A stretch of 64,000 bases of DNA, taken from positions 12,199-76,198 of the IMG/VR virus record IMGVR_UViG_3300021957_004671, one strand, 5' to 3'. A program made the position numbers and the translations under genes. This document shows, piece after piece, positions 1 through 9,044 of the stretch; position 1 is the first letter of the stretch; every line of letters begins with the position of its first letter. Origin of the DNA: a virus. The notes beneath the pieces are model-generated. The model had not been told where the DNA came from, ran no database searches, and saw only the letters and a list, made by a program, of their open reading frames with translations.

Positions 1-396
1 CCTGCTATGATTCTTACACCGCCAGATAAGAAGATCGACTTTCCTGAACCAGAAGTGAAAGTAGAAATTACATGGGCTGAGATCCAGTCTGTGTTAAGAG
101 CAGCTAGCGTAATGCAGCTGCCTGAAGTAAGTATCAATGGATCGGCCGGTAAGGTTAGTATCTCAGCTGAAGATAGTAAGAACCCAACAGCTGATACTTA
201 TAGTAGTGATGTGGGAGAAACTGATAACGATTTTAAATTCGTATTTAAAGTTGAGAATCTAAAACTACTAAATCTGAACTATCTTGTTGAAGTGTCTAAG
301 AAAGGTATTGCTCGATTTACTTCGGTTAATACATACGGACCTAGACTTGAATATTTTATTGCAACTGAAGCTAATTCTAGCTATACTGGAGATTAA
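1..396 (+). CDS. gp45: DNA polymerase sliding clamp, C-terminal part (5'-truncated by window)
   Basis: Frame open from base 1; FKFVFKVENLKLL...YFIATE C-terminus typical of T4-like gp45; upstream of gp44/gp62. Confidence 0.9.
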   Translation, partial: PAMILTPPDKKIDFPEPEVKVEITWAEIQSVLRAASVMQLPEVSINGSAGKVSISAEDSKNPTADTYSSDVGETDNDFKFVFKVENLKLLNLNYLVEVSKKGIARFTSVNTYGPRLEYFIATEANSSYTGD

Positions 397-397
397 G

Positions 398-982
398 ATG
401 ACTACGGTTAAAGTTAAACGCGAATGGAACCTCTTTGATGACGACGAGCAAAAGTTACCTGCCGTTGTACCAAGTGTGGTATTCAAAACGCGTGTGAGGG
501 ATAAGAGCATCCCTGGTGATAATCCATTCCGGTGGGAAGATGTTACAACGTTTGACTTGTTCGCAGGCAAGCGTGTTGTATTATTCTCGCTACCTGGTGC
601 ATTTACACCTACTTGTTCTACTATGCAATTGCCTGGATTTGAAGATAACCATGCTGACTTTAAGAAGCTTGGTGTCAAAGACATCTATTGTGTATCAATT
701 AATGATACCTTTGTGATGAATGCATGGGCAAAAGCACAGAAAATTAAAAAGGTAAAAATGATACCTGATGGCTCTGGTGCGTTTACTCGTGCTATGGGAA
801 TGTCTGTGATGAAGAACAATCTTGGATTCGGTGAACGATCATGGCGCTATGCTTGCGTAGTAGATAATGGTAAAATTGAGAAGTGGTTTATTGAACCTGA
901 CGCTCAAGACGAAGCACCAGGCGATCCTTATGGTGAAACAGCACCTTTGAATATTCTTTCTTGGCTGAAAGAAAACTCATAA
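398..982 (+). CDS. Peroxiredoxin (Prx5/PRX5-like, redoxin family)
   Basis: FSLPGAFTPTCS peroxidatic motif, SINDTFVMNAW, GFGERSWRY; ATG 398 has GGAG upstream (track start 284 overlaps gp45). Confidence 0.9.
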   Translation: MTTVKVKREWNLFDDDEQKLPAVVPSVVFKTRVRDKSIPGDNPFRWEDVTTFDLFAGKRVVLFSLPGAFTPTCSTMQLPGFEDNHADFKKLGVKDIYCVSINDTFVMNAWAKAQKIKKVKMIPDGSGAFTRAMGMSVMKNNLGFGERSWRYACVVDNGKIEKWFIEPDAQDEAPGDPYGETAPLNILSWLKENS

Positions 983-1011
983 ACCTTTTTATATAATGTA
1001 TGGAGTGAAAT

Positions 1012-1959
1012 ATGGCGAATATTCGCGACGAGTTTCTTTGGTGTGAAAAGTATCGACCAACTAGGTTGGCTGAAACTATTCTACCCGATGAACTAAAAAC
1101 TACCTTTAGTGAGTTTGTTACTAAAGGCAATATACCTAACCTGATCTTATCCGGAGGTCCAGGAGTAGGTAAAACTACAGTTGCTAGAGCTGTTCTAGAA
1201 GAATTAGAATGTGATTATATTATCATTAATGGTAGTATGAACGGTAACATTGATACTTTGCGTAATGAGATTATGCAGTTTGCGTCAAGTGTATCGTTTC
1301 AAGGCGGTCGTAAGTATGTTATCCTCGATGAGGCTGATTACTTGAATGCTAATTCAACTCAACCTGCCCTTCGTAACTTCATGGAAGAGTTTTCTAGCAA
1401 TTGTGGTTTTATTCTTACCTGTAACTTTAAGAACCGAATCATTGAACCTCTTCATTCGAGATGCTCTGTAATTGACTTTACTATCAAGAATAGCGATAAG
1501 CCTAATCTTGCTGGTCAGTTCTTTAAACGTCTATGTTCTATCTTAGAGATGGAATCAGTTGAGTATGATAAGCAGGTACTAGCAGCAATGGTGCAAAAGC
1601 ACTTCCCTGATTGGCGTCGAGTCATTAATGAAGTTCAACGGTACAGTGCTACCGGTAAAATCGATTCAGGTATTCTTGCTAACATTCAAGAAGTAACTCT
1701 TAACTCTCTTATTGAGCAGATGAAGAATAAAAACTTTACTGCAGTAAGAAAGTGGGTTGCTGAGAATGCTGATAATGATCCGAGTTCTTTGTTTCGTAAG
1801 TTTTACGATCAAGCCGCTACCCTCTTTCAACCGAGTGCGATACCTCAGTTGGTATTAACTCTTGCTGATTATCAATATAAGGCTGCCTTTGTTGCTGATC
1901 AAGAGGTTAACATGTCTGCCTGTCTTGCTGAGATTATGGTGAATTGTGAGCTCAAATAA
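1012..1959 (+). CDS. gp44: Clamp loader large subunit
   Basis: WCEKYRP, Walker A GGPGVGKTT, DEAD, SRC motif. Confidence 0.97.
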   Translation: MANIRDEFLWCEKYRPTRLAETILPDELKTTFSEFVTKGNIPNLILSGGPGVGKTTVARAVLEELECDYIIINGSMNGNIDTLRNEIMQFASSVSFQGGRKYVILDEADYLNANSTQPALRNFMEEFSSNCGFILTCNFKNRIIEPLHSRCSVIDFTIKNSDKPNLAGQFFKRLCSILEMESVEYDKQVLAAMVQKHFPDWRRVINEVQRYSATGKIDSGILANIQEVTLNSLIEQMKNKNFTAVRKWVAENADNDPSSLFRKFYDQAATLFQPSAIPQLVLTLADYQYKAAFVADQEVNMSACLAEIMVNCELK

Positions 1960-1966
1960 GAAAGAG

Positions 1967-2077
1967 ATGACTGTAAATGAGGCTAAGGAGATAGTTCAGA
2001 AGTATGAAAAGCTTGTGAACGAAGCTCGCGAGGTCCTAAATAAACATTGGCGTGAAGTTTTTAGGAAGATGGATTGA
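1967..2077 (+). CDS. Small hypothetical protein (36 aa)
   Basis: Read manually: MTVNEAKEIVQKYEKLV...; its stop overlaps the next ATG. Confidence 0.45.
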   Translation: MTVNEAKEIVQKYEKLVNEAREVLNKHWREVFRKMD

Positions 2078-2235
2078 TGAGATATCTATGGAGACTATGG
2101 GCTAAAAGCTTAGGTGAAAAAGAAAGTGATGATGACTGGGAAGCTGATAAAGTGGCAATTATAAGAACTGTAATTGTTCTTGTTAACTTTATTACTTGTT
2201 TGGTTATTGTTGCTGGAAATATAAGGCACTGGTAA
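2077..2235 (+). CDS. Small membrane protein (52 aa)
   Basis: Read manually: MRYLWRLWAKSLGEKES...VAIIRTVIVLVNFITCLVIVAGNIRHW; overlapping stop/start at both ends. Confidence 0.7.
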   Translation: MRYLWRLWAKSLGEKESDDDWEADKVAIIRTVIVLVNFITCLVIVAGNIRHW

Positions 2236-2606
2236 TGAACCCTTTTGATTATGTAAATTCTATATCTTTTAATAAGAAGGATATAATGAAAGATGAGTAC
2301 GACGAGAAGCAGTATCCGGGCTATCTCGTCAATAGAGCTCTATCACTATACCCGGATACAATTTTCTACACTAATGAGATGAATATGCGACCTGATATCG
2401 ATAACAGGCTCGCGTATGACTATTACCTAAATAGTATCAGACCTCGTAAGAGATTTAGTAAATGGTTCAAAAGACAAGATAATGAGAGTATTGATATCGT
2501 CATGGAATACTACAAAGTAGACTTTCCCCAGGCTACAGAATATCTAAAAATCCTCTCAGAAAATCAAATCAGTGAACTTAAAACGAGATTATATAAAGGT
2601 GAATAA
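2235..2606 (+). CDS. gp62: Clamp loader small subunit
   Basis: MNPFDYVNSI...YLVNRALS...RPRKRFSKW; TAATG coupling at 2233-2237; synteny gp44-gp62-regA. Confidence 0.9.
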   Translation: MNPFDYVNSISFNKKDIMKDEYDEKQYPGYLVNRALSLYPDTIFYTNEMNMRPDIDNRLAYDYYLNSIRPRKRFSKWFKRQDNESIDIVMEYYKVDFPQATEYLKILSENQISELKTRLYKGE

Positions 2607-2608
2607 TA

Positions 2609-3001
2609 ATGAATCTTGTAGAAAATTTGGTAGAAGTTAAATTAAAAGAAGATGATGATTTTCTGAAAGTAAGAGAGACGCTGACTCGTATCGGCGTAGC
2701 CTCTAAGAAAACAAACACTCTATTTCAATCATGTCATATCTTGCATAAGCAAGGTAAATATTATATTGTACACTTTAAAGAGCTTTTTGATCTTGATGGA
2801 AAGCCGACTGATTTCTCTAGTGAAGATAAGCAGCGTAGGAATACTATTACAACGCTATTGTCTGATTGGGGATTAGTTGAAGTGGTGAAAGAAGATAAGA
2901 TTGATGATACAATTCCAGTATCACGGCTTAAAATTATACCACATAAACAAAAAGATCAATGGGAGCTTGTAGCTAAGTACAATATCGGTAAAAAGCGATA
3001 G
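2609..3001 (+). CDS. regA: Translational repressor RegA
   Basis: DFLKVRETLTRIGVAS, QSCHILHKQGKYYIVHFKELF. Confidence 0.97.
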   Translation: MNLVENLVEVKLKEDDDFLKVRETLTRIGVASKKTNTLFQSCHILHKQGKYYIVHFKELFDLDGKPTDFSSEDKQRRNTITTLLSDWGLVEVVKEDKIDDTIPVSRLKIIPHKQKDQWELVAKYNIGKKR

Positions 3002-3007
3002 AACTTA

Positions 3008-4669
3008 ATGCAAATTATAGCGACTGACGCTAAGCCTCAGTACCAGGGGCATGGCATTATTGTTGGCGGTATGGTTGAGAGACGAGATTCGTCTGATTCC
3101 AGAATACAAATTAACAATAGTAACGACTCAGCTCATACTAAGACATTAAACACGGAATGGATATCTATTAAACGTGCTCCAGGAGCGCATAGAATAGCTA
3201 CTCATCTTCGTGATAATGGCTATGATATTGAGGTTGTCGATTTCTGGCAGGCATGGCCGCTAGATAAGTTTCAAGATTTTATTAAGCTTAGAGTTAGTAG
3301 AAAGACAAAGTTCCTTGCTATTAGTACTCTCTTCGCAATGACGAGTCCGAAACTAAAGCGCGAGCAGAATCAAAAACTTGCATGGTTTAAAAAGACTTAT
3401 CCTTGGATACCTATTATAGCCGGAAGTATGAATCTGATGGCTAGTGCTTCATACAATCCTGTTGATTACTTTGTAACAGGCTTTGGTGAGAAAGGTATCA
3501 TACAGCTTCTAAAGCATTTAAGTAATAGAACTAGTGATGTTAAAATTAACAGCTATAATTATAAGAATAGAATCTATAATGTAGTTGAATGTAATAAATT
3601 CTATCCTGCTTTTCCTGAAAAGGATTTAATAGTATCATATGAAGATAGAGACTTTATTCAGTCAGATGAAGTACTAACTGTTGAGCTAGCTAGAGGGTGT
3701 AAATTTAAATGTAAGTTCTGCTCTTTCTCTGTACTTGGAGTAAAAGGAGATTATACTAGATGTCTTGATGGATTTAAGACTGAAGTAAAAGAGAATTATG
3801 ATAGATGGGGTGTTACATCCTATACAGTAAGTGATGAGACTATTAATGATAGAACTGAAAAGCTTATTGGTTATGGTGATGCAGTACAATCATTAGACTT
3901 TGATTTGAATCTATTTGGATTCTTGAGAGGCGATCTAGTTGCAACACGTCCTGGTGACTGGGAACATATTGCGAGGATGGGATTGTGGTCTCACTTCTAC
4001 GGTATTGAATCTTTTACACATAGTGCTGCGAAGTCAATTGGTAAAGGAATGGCACCAGATAGAGTTAAGGACGCTTTGTTTGGTATTCAGGATTACTTTA
4101 ATAAAAATGTAGGTAAGTATAGAGCTACCTATTCTCAGATTATCGGATTGCCGACTGAGACACCAGAAACATTTATAGAACAGTTTAAATGGTTAGTGAG
4201 TAATTTTCCTAATCAATCATATAATTACTTTCCTCTTATGATGTCGAAAGCAGCTGATACGGCATTTATGTCTAATCCATCTGAGTTCGAACGAACATGG
4301 GAAGAGAGTAATATATTTACTGAGCTGGAAGGCTCAGATGTAAAACAACGTTGGCAGGATGCTAATGTAAGTGACGATGTAAAAGATCAACTTGGATCTC
4401 TTATGTCAAGTAGTTCACTAGTAAAATGGAAAACTGATAGCATGGATATAATTCAAGCTGCAGAAACATATAATGAGTGTAGTAAGATAGTTGATCCTTC
4501 TAAAGTTGCACCTCATATCTTTTATTATCATAGATATGTAACTGACAATGATTATACTGTTAATGATATGGCTAAATCGTTCTCTGAAGTAGAGCCGTTT
4601 GGTGTTAATCACTATATGAAACATATGGAATTTTTTAATAAATATATTGACAGAAAGCTTGCATATTAA
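3008..4669 (+). CDS. Radical SAM protein with N-terminal B12-binding-like domain
   Basis: ELARGCKFKCKFC (CxxxCxxC), DETIND, GIESF, IIGLPTET. Confidence 0.85.
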   Translation: MQIIATDAKPQYQGHGIIVGGMVERRDSSDSRIQINNSNDSAHTKTLNTEWISIKRAPGAHRIATHLRDNGYDIEVVDFWQAWPLDKFQDFIKLRVSRKTKFLAISTLFAMTSPKLKREQNQKLAWFKKTYPWIPIIAGSMNLMASASYNPVDYFVTGFGEKGIIQLLKHLSNRTSDVKINSYNYKNRIYNVVECNKFYPAFPEKDLIVSYEDRDFIQSDEVLTVELARGCKFKCKFCSFSVLGVKGDYTRCLDGFKTEVKENYDRWGVTSYTVSDETINDRTEKLIGYGDAVQSLDFDLNLFGFLRGDLVATRPGDWEHIARMGLWSHFYGIESFTHSAAKSIGKGMAPDRVKDALFGIQDYFNKNVGKYRATYSQIIGLPTETPETFIEQFKWLVSNFPNQSYNYFPLMMSKAADTAFMSNPSEFERTWEESNIFTELEGSDVKQRWQDANVSDDVKDQLGSLMSSSSLVKWKTDSMDIIQAAETYNECSKIVDPSKVAPHIFYYHRYVTDNDYTVNDMAKSFSEVEPFGVNHYMKHMEFFNKYIDRKLAY

Positions 4670-4692
4670 GCTCAAAGGCATTATATATATAC

Positions 4693-4750
4693 GTGTACGC
4701 CGCAAGTGCGGGTATACAACATTCTTGCTTTAAAATAAGGAGAAAGCGAC
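4693..4750 (+). promoter_or_regulatory. ROSE-like RNA thermometer in hsp20 5' UTR
   Basis: Hairpin 4693-4717 followed by UUCUUGCUU(4722-30) pairing with AAGGAGAA(4737-44) with bulged G4727, masking the SD. Confidence 0.7.
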
Positions 4751-5158
4751 ATGACAAGAACACAAACACTATTCCCCCGTTCAGCATTTATTGGTTTCGA
4801 TCATCTATTAGATGAGATGAATGTAGCAGTAAAAAGAGCTGGCGATCATTACCCACCACATAACATTATCAAGATAGCCGATGATGAATATACAATTGAG
4901 ATTGCTGTAGCCGGCTTTAGCAGACAAGATATTAAAGTCGAACAGAAAGAACGATCATTAATTGTATCAGGTGTGTATACTAGTAAAGAGCGTGAAGTTA
5001 TTCATCGAGGTATTTCGACTCGTAACTTTAAACGCTCGTTTAGACTATCTGAGTATGTCCAGGTAACCGGTGCATCTTTTCAGGACGGTATTCTTGCAAT
5101 TCAAATGAAGTTAGAAATCCCAGAAGAGAAGCAGCCTCGTTCTATCAAAATCGATTAA
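4751..5158 (+). CDS. hsp20: Small heat-shock protein Hsp20 (IbpA-like)
   Basis: YPPHNIIK, IEIAVAGF, HRGISTRNFKRSF, DGILAI. Confidence 0.95.
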   Translation: MTRTQTLFPRSAFIGFDHLLDEMNVAVKRAGDHYPPHNIIKIADDEYTIEIAVAGFSRQDIKVEQKERSLIVSGVYTSKEREVIHRGISTRNFKRSFRLSEYVQVTGASFQDGILAIQMKLEIPEEKQPRSIKID

Positions 5159-5172
5159 ACGAGGATAAATCA

Positions 5173-5292
5173 ATGTTAAAAAAAGTAAAAGAGCACTTCT
5201 GTTTAGATTCTGCTCTCCACTTGGCACTTTTTGTTTCTACTATGGCACTCATGGTAGTAGCATTAGCGCCGTTGTCAAGACCTTTTGGCTAG
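5173..5292 (+). CDS. Small hydrophobic protein (39 aa)
   Basis: GAGGA SD at 5161; MLKKVKEHFCLDSALHLALFVSTMALMVVALAPLSRPFG. Confidence 0.55.
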   Translation: MLKKVKEHFCLDSALHLALFVSTMALMVVALAPLSRPFG

Positions 5293-5301
5293 ACAACAAA
5301 G

Positions 5302-5334
5302 CTAAATAGACGGGAGCCTGTAACAGGGCTCCCG
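5302..5334 (+). promoter_or_regulatory. Late-promoter-like CTAAATA followed by GC-rich hairpin
   Basis: CTAAATA 5302-5308; CGGGAGCC(5311-18)/GGCTCCCG(5327-34) stem. Confidence 0.55.
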
Positions 5335-5356
5335 CAACTTATTAGAGGAGACTAAA

Positions 5357-5653
5357 ATGGCCATTGAACCCTGTTTTACGAAAGAACTTCGTAATATTAA
5401 TCCAGAGCTCGAAGATGCTGCTATTGAGGCTGCCAAGACTGCAGCTGAAGCCATCGAAGGTTTTGAAGACATTGCACCACTAACACAACACGTAGTTGGT
5501 ATTGTAATATGTCTAGACACATTAACAGATGAATTAAAAGCAGCATGTGTAGCTGGTGAGCATGAAGCAATCGAAGCTGGTATTGATGCTACTGCTTTAG
5601 AAGACACAACCAAAGAATACTTAAAGGACCGAGTCGGTCTAGATTTTGAATAA
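5357..5653 (+). CDS. Acidic hypothetical protein
   Basis: Strong GAGGAG SD, ORF fills the gap. Confidence 0.75.
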   Translation: MAIEPCFTKELRNINPELEDAAIEAAKTAAEAIEGFEDIAPLTQHVVGIVICLDTLTDELKAACVAGEHEAIEAGIDATALEDTTKEYLKDRVGLDFE

Positions 5654-5658
5654 AGTAG

Positions 5659-5687
5659 TTGCCGTTTAAACGGTTTCTCTATATAAT
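5659..5687 (+). promoter_or_regulatory. Sigma70-type promoter for gp43
   Basis: TTGCCG-N17-TATAAT, ATG 6 nt downstream. Confidence 0.75.
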
Positions 5688-5693
5688 GTAATA

Positions 5694-8189
5694 ATGCGAT
5701 TCTATACTAACGTTCAATTAATTGGTGATAAGATACTCCATCGTGGGTATGAAGATGGCAAGCGCTTCAGTTATATGGAGCCTTGCCGTCCTTATCTTTT
5801 TGTTTCACCCTATAACGGTCCTACCGACTACTTCACGTTGGACGGTAAACCTGTCAAACGAATTGACTTCGAAACCCCTTACGAAGCTCAAAACTTTATC
5901 AAGCGTAGAAAAGATGTAGGTAACTCTCAAGTACATGGGCTACCCATGTTTGCTTATACCTATATTAACGATAACTATAAAGATGTCGAATATGATGCTG
6001 ATGCGATTCGAGTTATTAATATCGATATCGAGGTCGCTGCTGATGAAGGCTTCCCTGATATCAATCTAGCTGATAAAGAGATTACTGCTATTGCTTTCAA
6101 ATTTAGAGATAAGTTTGTTGTCATTGGTGGTCAACCTTATACTCCTAAACAAGATAACGTCCATTATATTCAAGCTACTAGCGAAGCTAATCTACTGATG
6201 AGGTTTGTTGACGCTTATCGAGCTGTTGATCCTGATGTTATTACTGGATGGAATGTTGAGCAGTTCGATATACCGTATATCATTAACCGTATTAAGAGAG
6301 TGCTTGGTGATGAGTTTGCTAAGAAGCTATCTCCTTTCGGTAAGTTACGTGAGCGTCGTGTTGTTATTGCTGGTCGTGAGAATCTATTCTATGAACCTCT
6401 AGGTGTTTCTACTCTCTGCTACTTGCAAATGTATCGTAAGTTTACATTCGTAATGCGTGATAGTTATAGTCTTAATAATATTGCTCATATTGAACTCGAT
6501 GAAAAGAAGCTTGACTACTCAGAGCATGATAGTCTATTTGACTTATATAAGCATGACTGGGAAAAGTTTATTGACTACAATATTCAAGACGTTGAGCTAG
6601 TTGCTCGTCTAGATGATAAGCTTAAACTTATTGAGCAGGTATATGCGATTGCGTATGATGCTAAAGTTAATTATCAAGATACGTTTACTTCAGTACGAAT
6701 GTGGGACTTGATTATTCATAACCATCTTATGAATAAGAATATTGTTGTACCTCAATTTAATATGGTCGAGAAAGAACGTCAAGCTGAAGGTGCTCACGTT
6801 AAAGATCCTATGGTGGGTATGAGTAAGTGGGTAGTATCTTTTGACCTTAACTCTCTATACCCTCATTTAATTATGCAGTATAATATCTCACCTGAGACTT
6901 GGAAGGGTAAGATAGGAGCAGCGCCTTCTATAACTGATATTATTGAGAAGAGAGCTTGGGATGCTTATAGTGAGGAGTTAGAGGCTCGTAATGTAGCTGT
7001 GGCTGCAACTGGTGACTTATACGATAAAGACTATAAAGGTTTCCTCCCTACTCTTATGCAGAGTATGTATGATGATCGAGTTGTATGGAAGAATCGAATG
7101 CTTGATTATAAGCGTGAGTATGAGAAGAAGCCTTCAGAGGAACTTACTAAGAAGATTGCTCAATGTCATAATATGCAATTGGCTAAAAAGATTCAACTTA
7201 ACTCAGCTTATGGTGCGTTAGGTAACCAATACTTTAGATGGTTTGATCTTAAGTATGCTGAGTCGATTACTAAAGGTGGTCAGTTATCTATTCGTTGGAT
7301 TGAGAAAGCTCTTAATGAATGGCTTAATAAGACTCTCGGTACTGAGAATGAAGACTTCGTTGTTGCTATTGATACTGACTCTGTTTATATTACCTTAGAG
7401 AAACTAGTTAATAAAGTATACCCTGATGGTGCAGATGATAATAAGATTGTTGACTTCCTAGATAAGTCTTGTGATGAGATTATTGAACCTATTATTGATA
7501 AATCTTATCAGCAACTTGCTACGTATGTAAATGCTACTGAGAATAAGATGTTCATGAAGCGAGAGAACATCGGTAATAAAGCTATATGGACTGCTAAGAA
7601 GCGTTATATTATGAACGTGTTTGACTCCGAGGGAGTTAGATATGAAGAACCTAAGCTTAAGATTATGGGCATTGAGGCTGTACGATCTAGTACGCCTTCT
7701 TCTTGTCGAGAGAATATTAAGAAGGCTTTGCTTGTGATAATGAATCAGAGTGAAGAAGAGCTTATTCAATTCATTGAAAGCTTCCGTGAAGAGTTTAGAT
7801 CTTTACCTTTCGAAGATATTGCTTCACCGCGCGGTTGTAGAGGTTTAAATAAGTATATTGATGCTGCGATGATTTATAAGAAGGGTACTCCGTTACATGT
7901 ACGTGGTGCTTTGATGTATAATCATTTACTGGTTGAGCATAAGATTGAGCGCTTTCAACCTGTGCAAGAAGGTGATAAGGTTAAGTATATTTACTTAAAG
8001 TTACCTAACCCTTCTCGCGAAAACGTTATTGCTGTATCCGGTCAGTTACCAAGGCAGTTAGGATTAGATAAGTATATTGACTATGATAAGCAATTTGATA
8101 AAGCGTTCCTTGATCCTATGCGTACTATTATTGAAGCGATTGGATGGAATGTTGAAAAGCAAATGACCTTGGAGTCATTCTTCGGATAA
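5694..8189 (+). CDS. gp43: Family B DNA polymerase
   Basis: ExoI DIE, SFDLNSLYPH, KIQLNSAYG, IDTDS, KKRY; uninterrupted. Confidence 0.98.
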   Translation: MRFYTNVQLIGDKILHRGYEDGKRFSYMEPCRPYLFVSPYNGPTDYFTLDGKPVKRIDFETPYEAQNFIKRRKDVGNSQVHGLPMFAYTYINDNYKDVEYDADAIRVINIDIEVAADEGFPDINLADKEITAIAFKFRDKFVVIGGQPYTPKQDNVHYIQATSEANLLMRFVDAYRAVDPDVITGWNVEQFDIPYIINRIKRVLGDEFAKKLSPFGKLRERRVVIAGRENLFYEPLGVSTLCYLQMYRKFTFVMRDSYSLNNIAHIELDEKKLDYSEHDSLFDLYKHDWEKFIDYNIQDVELVARLDDKLKLIEQVYAIAYDAKVNYQDTFTSVRMWDLIIHNHLMNKNIVVPQFNMVEKERQAEGAHVKDPMVGMSKWVVSFDLNSLYPHLIMQYNISPETWKGKIGAAPSITDIIEKRAWDAYSEELEARNVAVAATGDLYDKDYKGFLPTLMQSMYDDRVVWKNRMLDYKREYEKKPSEELTKKIAQCHNMQLAKKIQLNSAYGALGNQYFRWFDLKYAESITKGGQLSIRWIEKALNEWLNKTLGTENEDFVVAIDTDSVYITLEKLVNKVYPDGADDNKIVDFLDKSCDEIIEPIIDKSYQQLATYVNATENKMFMKRENIGNKAIWTAKKRYIMNVFDSEGVRYEEPKLKIMGIEAVRSSTPSSCRENIKKALLVIMNQSEEELIQFIESFREEFRSLPFEDIASPRGCRGLNKYIDAAMIYKKGTPLHVRGALMYNHLLVEHKIERFQPVQEGDKVKYIYLKLPNPSRENVIAVSGQLPRQLGLDKYIDYDKQFDKAFLDPMRTIIEAIGWNVEKQMTLESFFG

Positions 8190-8195
8190 AATAAT

Positions 8196-8408
8196 ATGAC
8201 ATTACCTAATGAACGTAAATGGGCTGTTGAAAATACTAGATTGTTTTTAATTAATTTAATGGACCCAAAGAAAACGCCACGTGTACCTAAAGCAGTAAGA
8301 AAAGAAGCTTATCGCTGCCTGAGACATTATCCAGGCGATTATCATATGGATAAGGCAGCAGAAGAAGCACCAGCAGTGTTTGGCAATTGGGATGGTGAAT
8401 TTAAATGA
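8196..8408 (+). CDS. Hypothetical protein
   Basis: TPRVPKAVRKEAYRCLRHYP; fits operon packing. Confidence 0.7.
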   Translation: MTLPNERKWAVENTRLFLINLMDPKKTPRVPKAVRKEAYRCLRHYPGDYHMDKAAEEAPAVFGNWDGEFK

Positions 8409-8770
8409 ACTTAATTAGAAACGCATTACAAACCCCAGATGGGACTATTTTAGAATCTACTCATAGACACGACTATAAGACATATACTGATGCAAACGGC
8501 AAAGAGTATATGGTTGATGGTGGGCTTTCATATCTTCGAAGATCAATTCATGAAGATCAGAAAGATATTTCCTTATACGATAATGAACCTCATGAAGTTC
8601 AAGCTTCAGTTTTAAAGTGGGGCACTTATGGTATTAATGGAGACCAGCCATTGAGTTTTATAAGTATTAGCGATATGGATATTGATCATATTGTAAATGT
8701 ATTAGGAATGGGTAATATAAGTCCTGCTCACAAAAAGTGTATGGAAAACGAATTAAAGAATAGGAGATAA
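8405..8770 (+). CDS. Hypothetical protein
   Basis: LESTHRHDY...MVDGG motif; coupled to neighbours. Confidence 0.75.
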   Translation: MNLIRNALQTPDGTILESTHRHDYKTYTDANGKEYMVDGGLSYLRRSIHEDQKDISLYDNEPHEVQASVLKWGTYGINGDQPLSFISISDMDIDHIVNVLGMGNISPAHKKCMENELKNRR

Positions 8771-8771
8771 A

Positions 8772-9041
8772 ATGGCTAAAGAATATAATTTTGATTTCGG
8801 ATTCTCAGCGATGGATGAGGATGAACTAGAAGCAGTACAACAAGCATCTGCTCAAGTCACAGAAGCAGCCAGTAACGCTGTTGATATTGAAAACCGATTA
8901 AATACATTATATAATATGGTACAACCTCTTCTAAACAACTTAAAAGCTAATCCAGAAAAGGGTTACATTTACTGGCCTAATAGATTAGAAAAGATTGAGA
9001 CATTTAGTGACGCAATAGATAAGGTTTACAACGGTAAGTAA
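8772..9041 (+). CDS. Conserved T4-like hypothetical protein
   Basis: FDFGFSAMDEDEL...PLLNNLKANPEKGYIYWPNR; GGAG SD. Confidence 0.8.
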   Translation: MAKEYNFDFGFSAMDEDELEAVQQASAQVTEAASNAVDIENRLNTLYNMVQPLLNNLKANPEKGYIYWPNRLEKIETFSDAIDKVYNGK

Positions 9042-9044
9042 AAT

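Noticed and set aside
284-397. N-terminal extension of peroxiredoxin (likewise track starts 2196, 10614, 14927, 21278, 27987, 34245, 53683, 58547)
   Set aside because: They overlap upstream genes or promoters; downstream ATGs have an SD or coupling and match family N-termini
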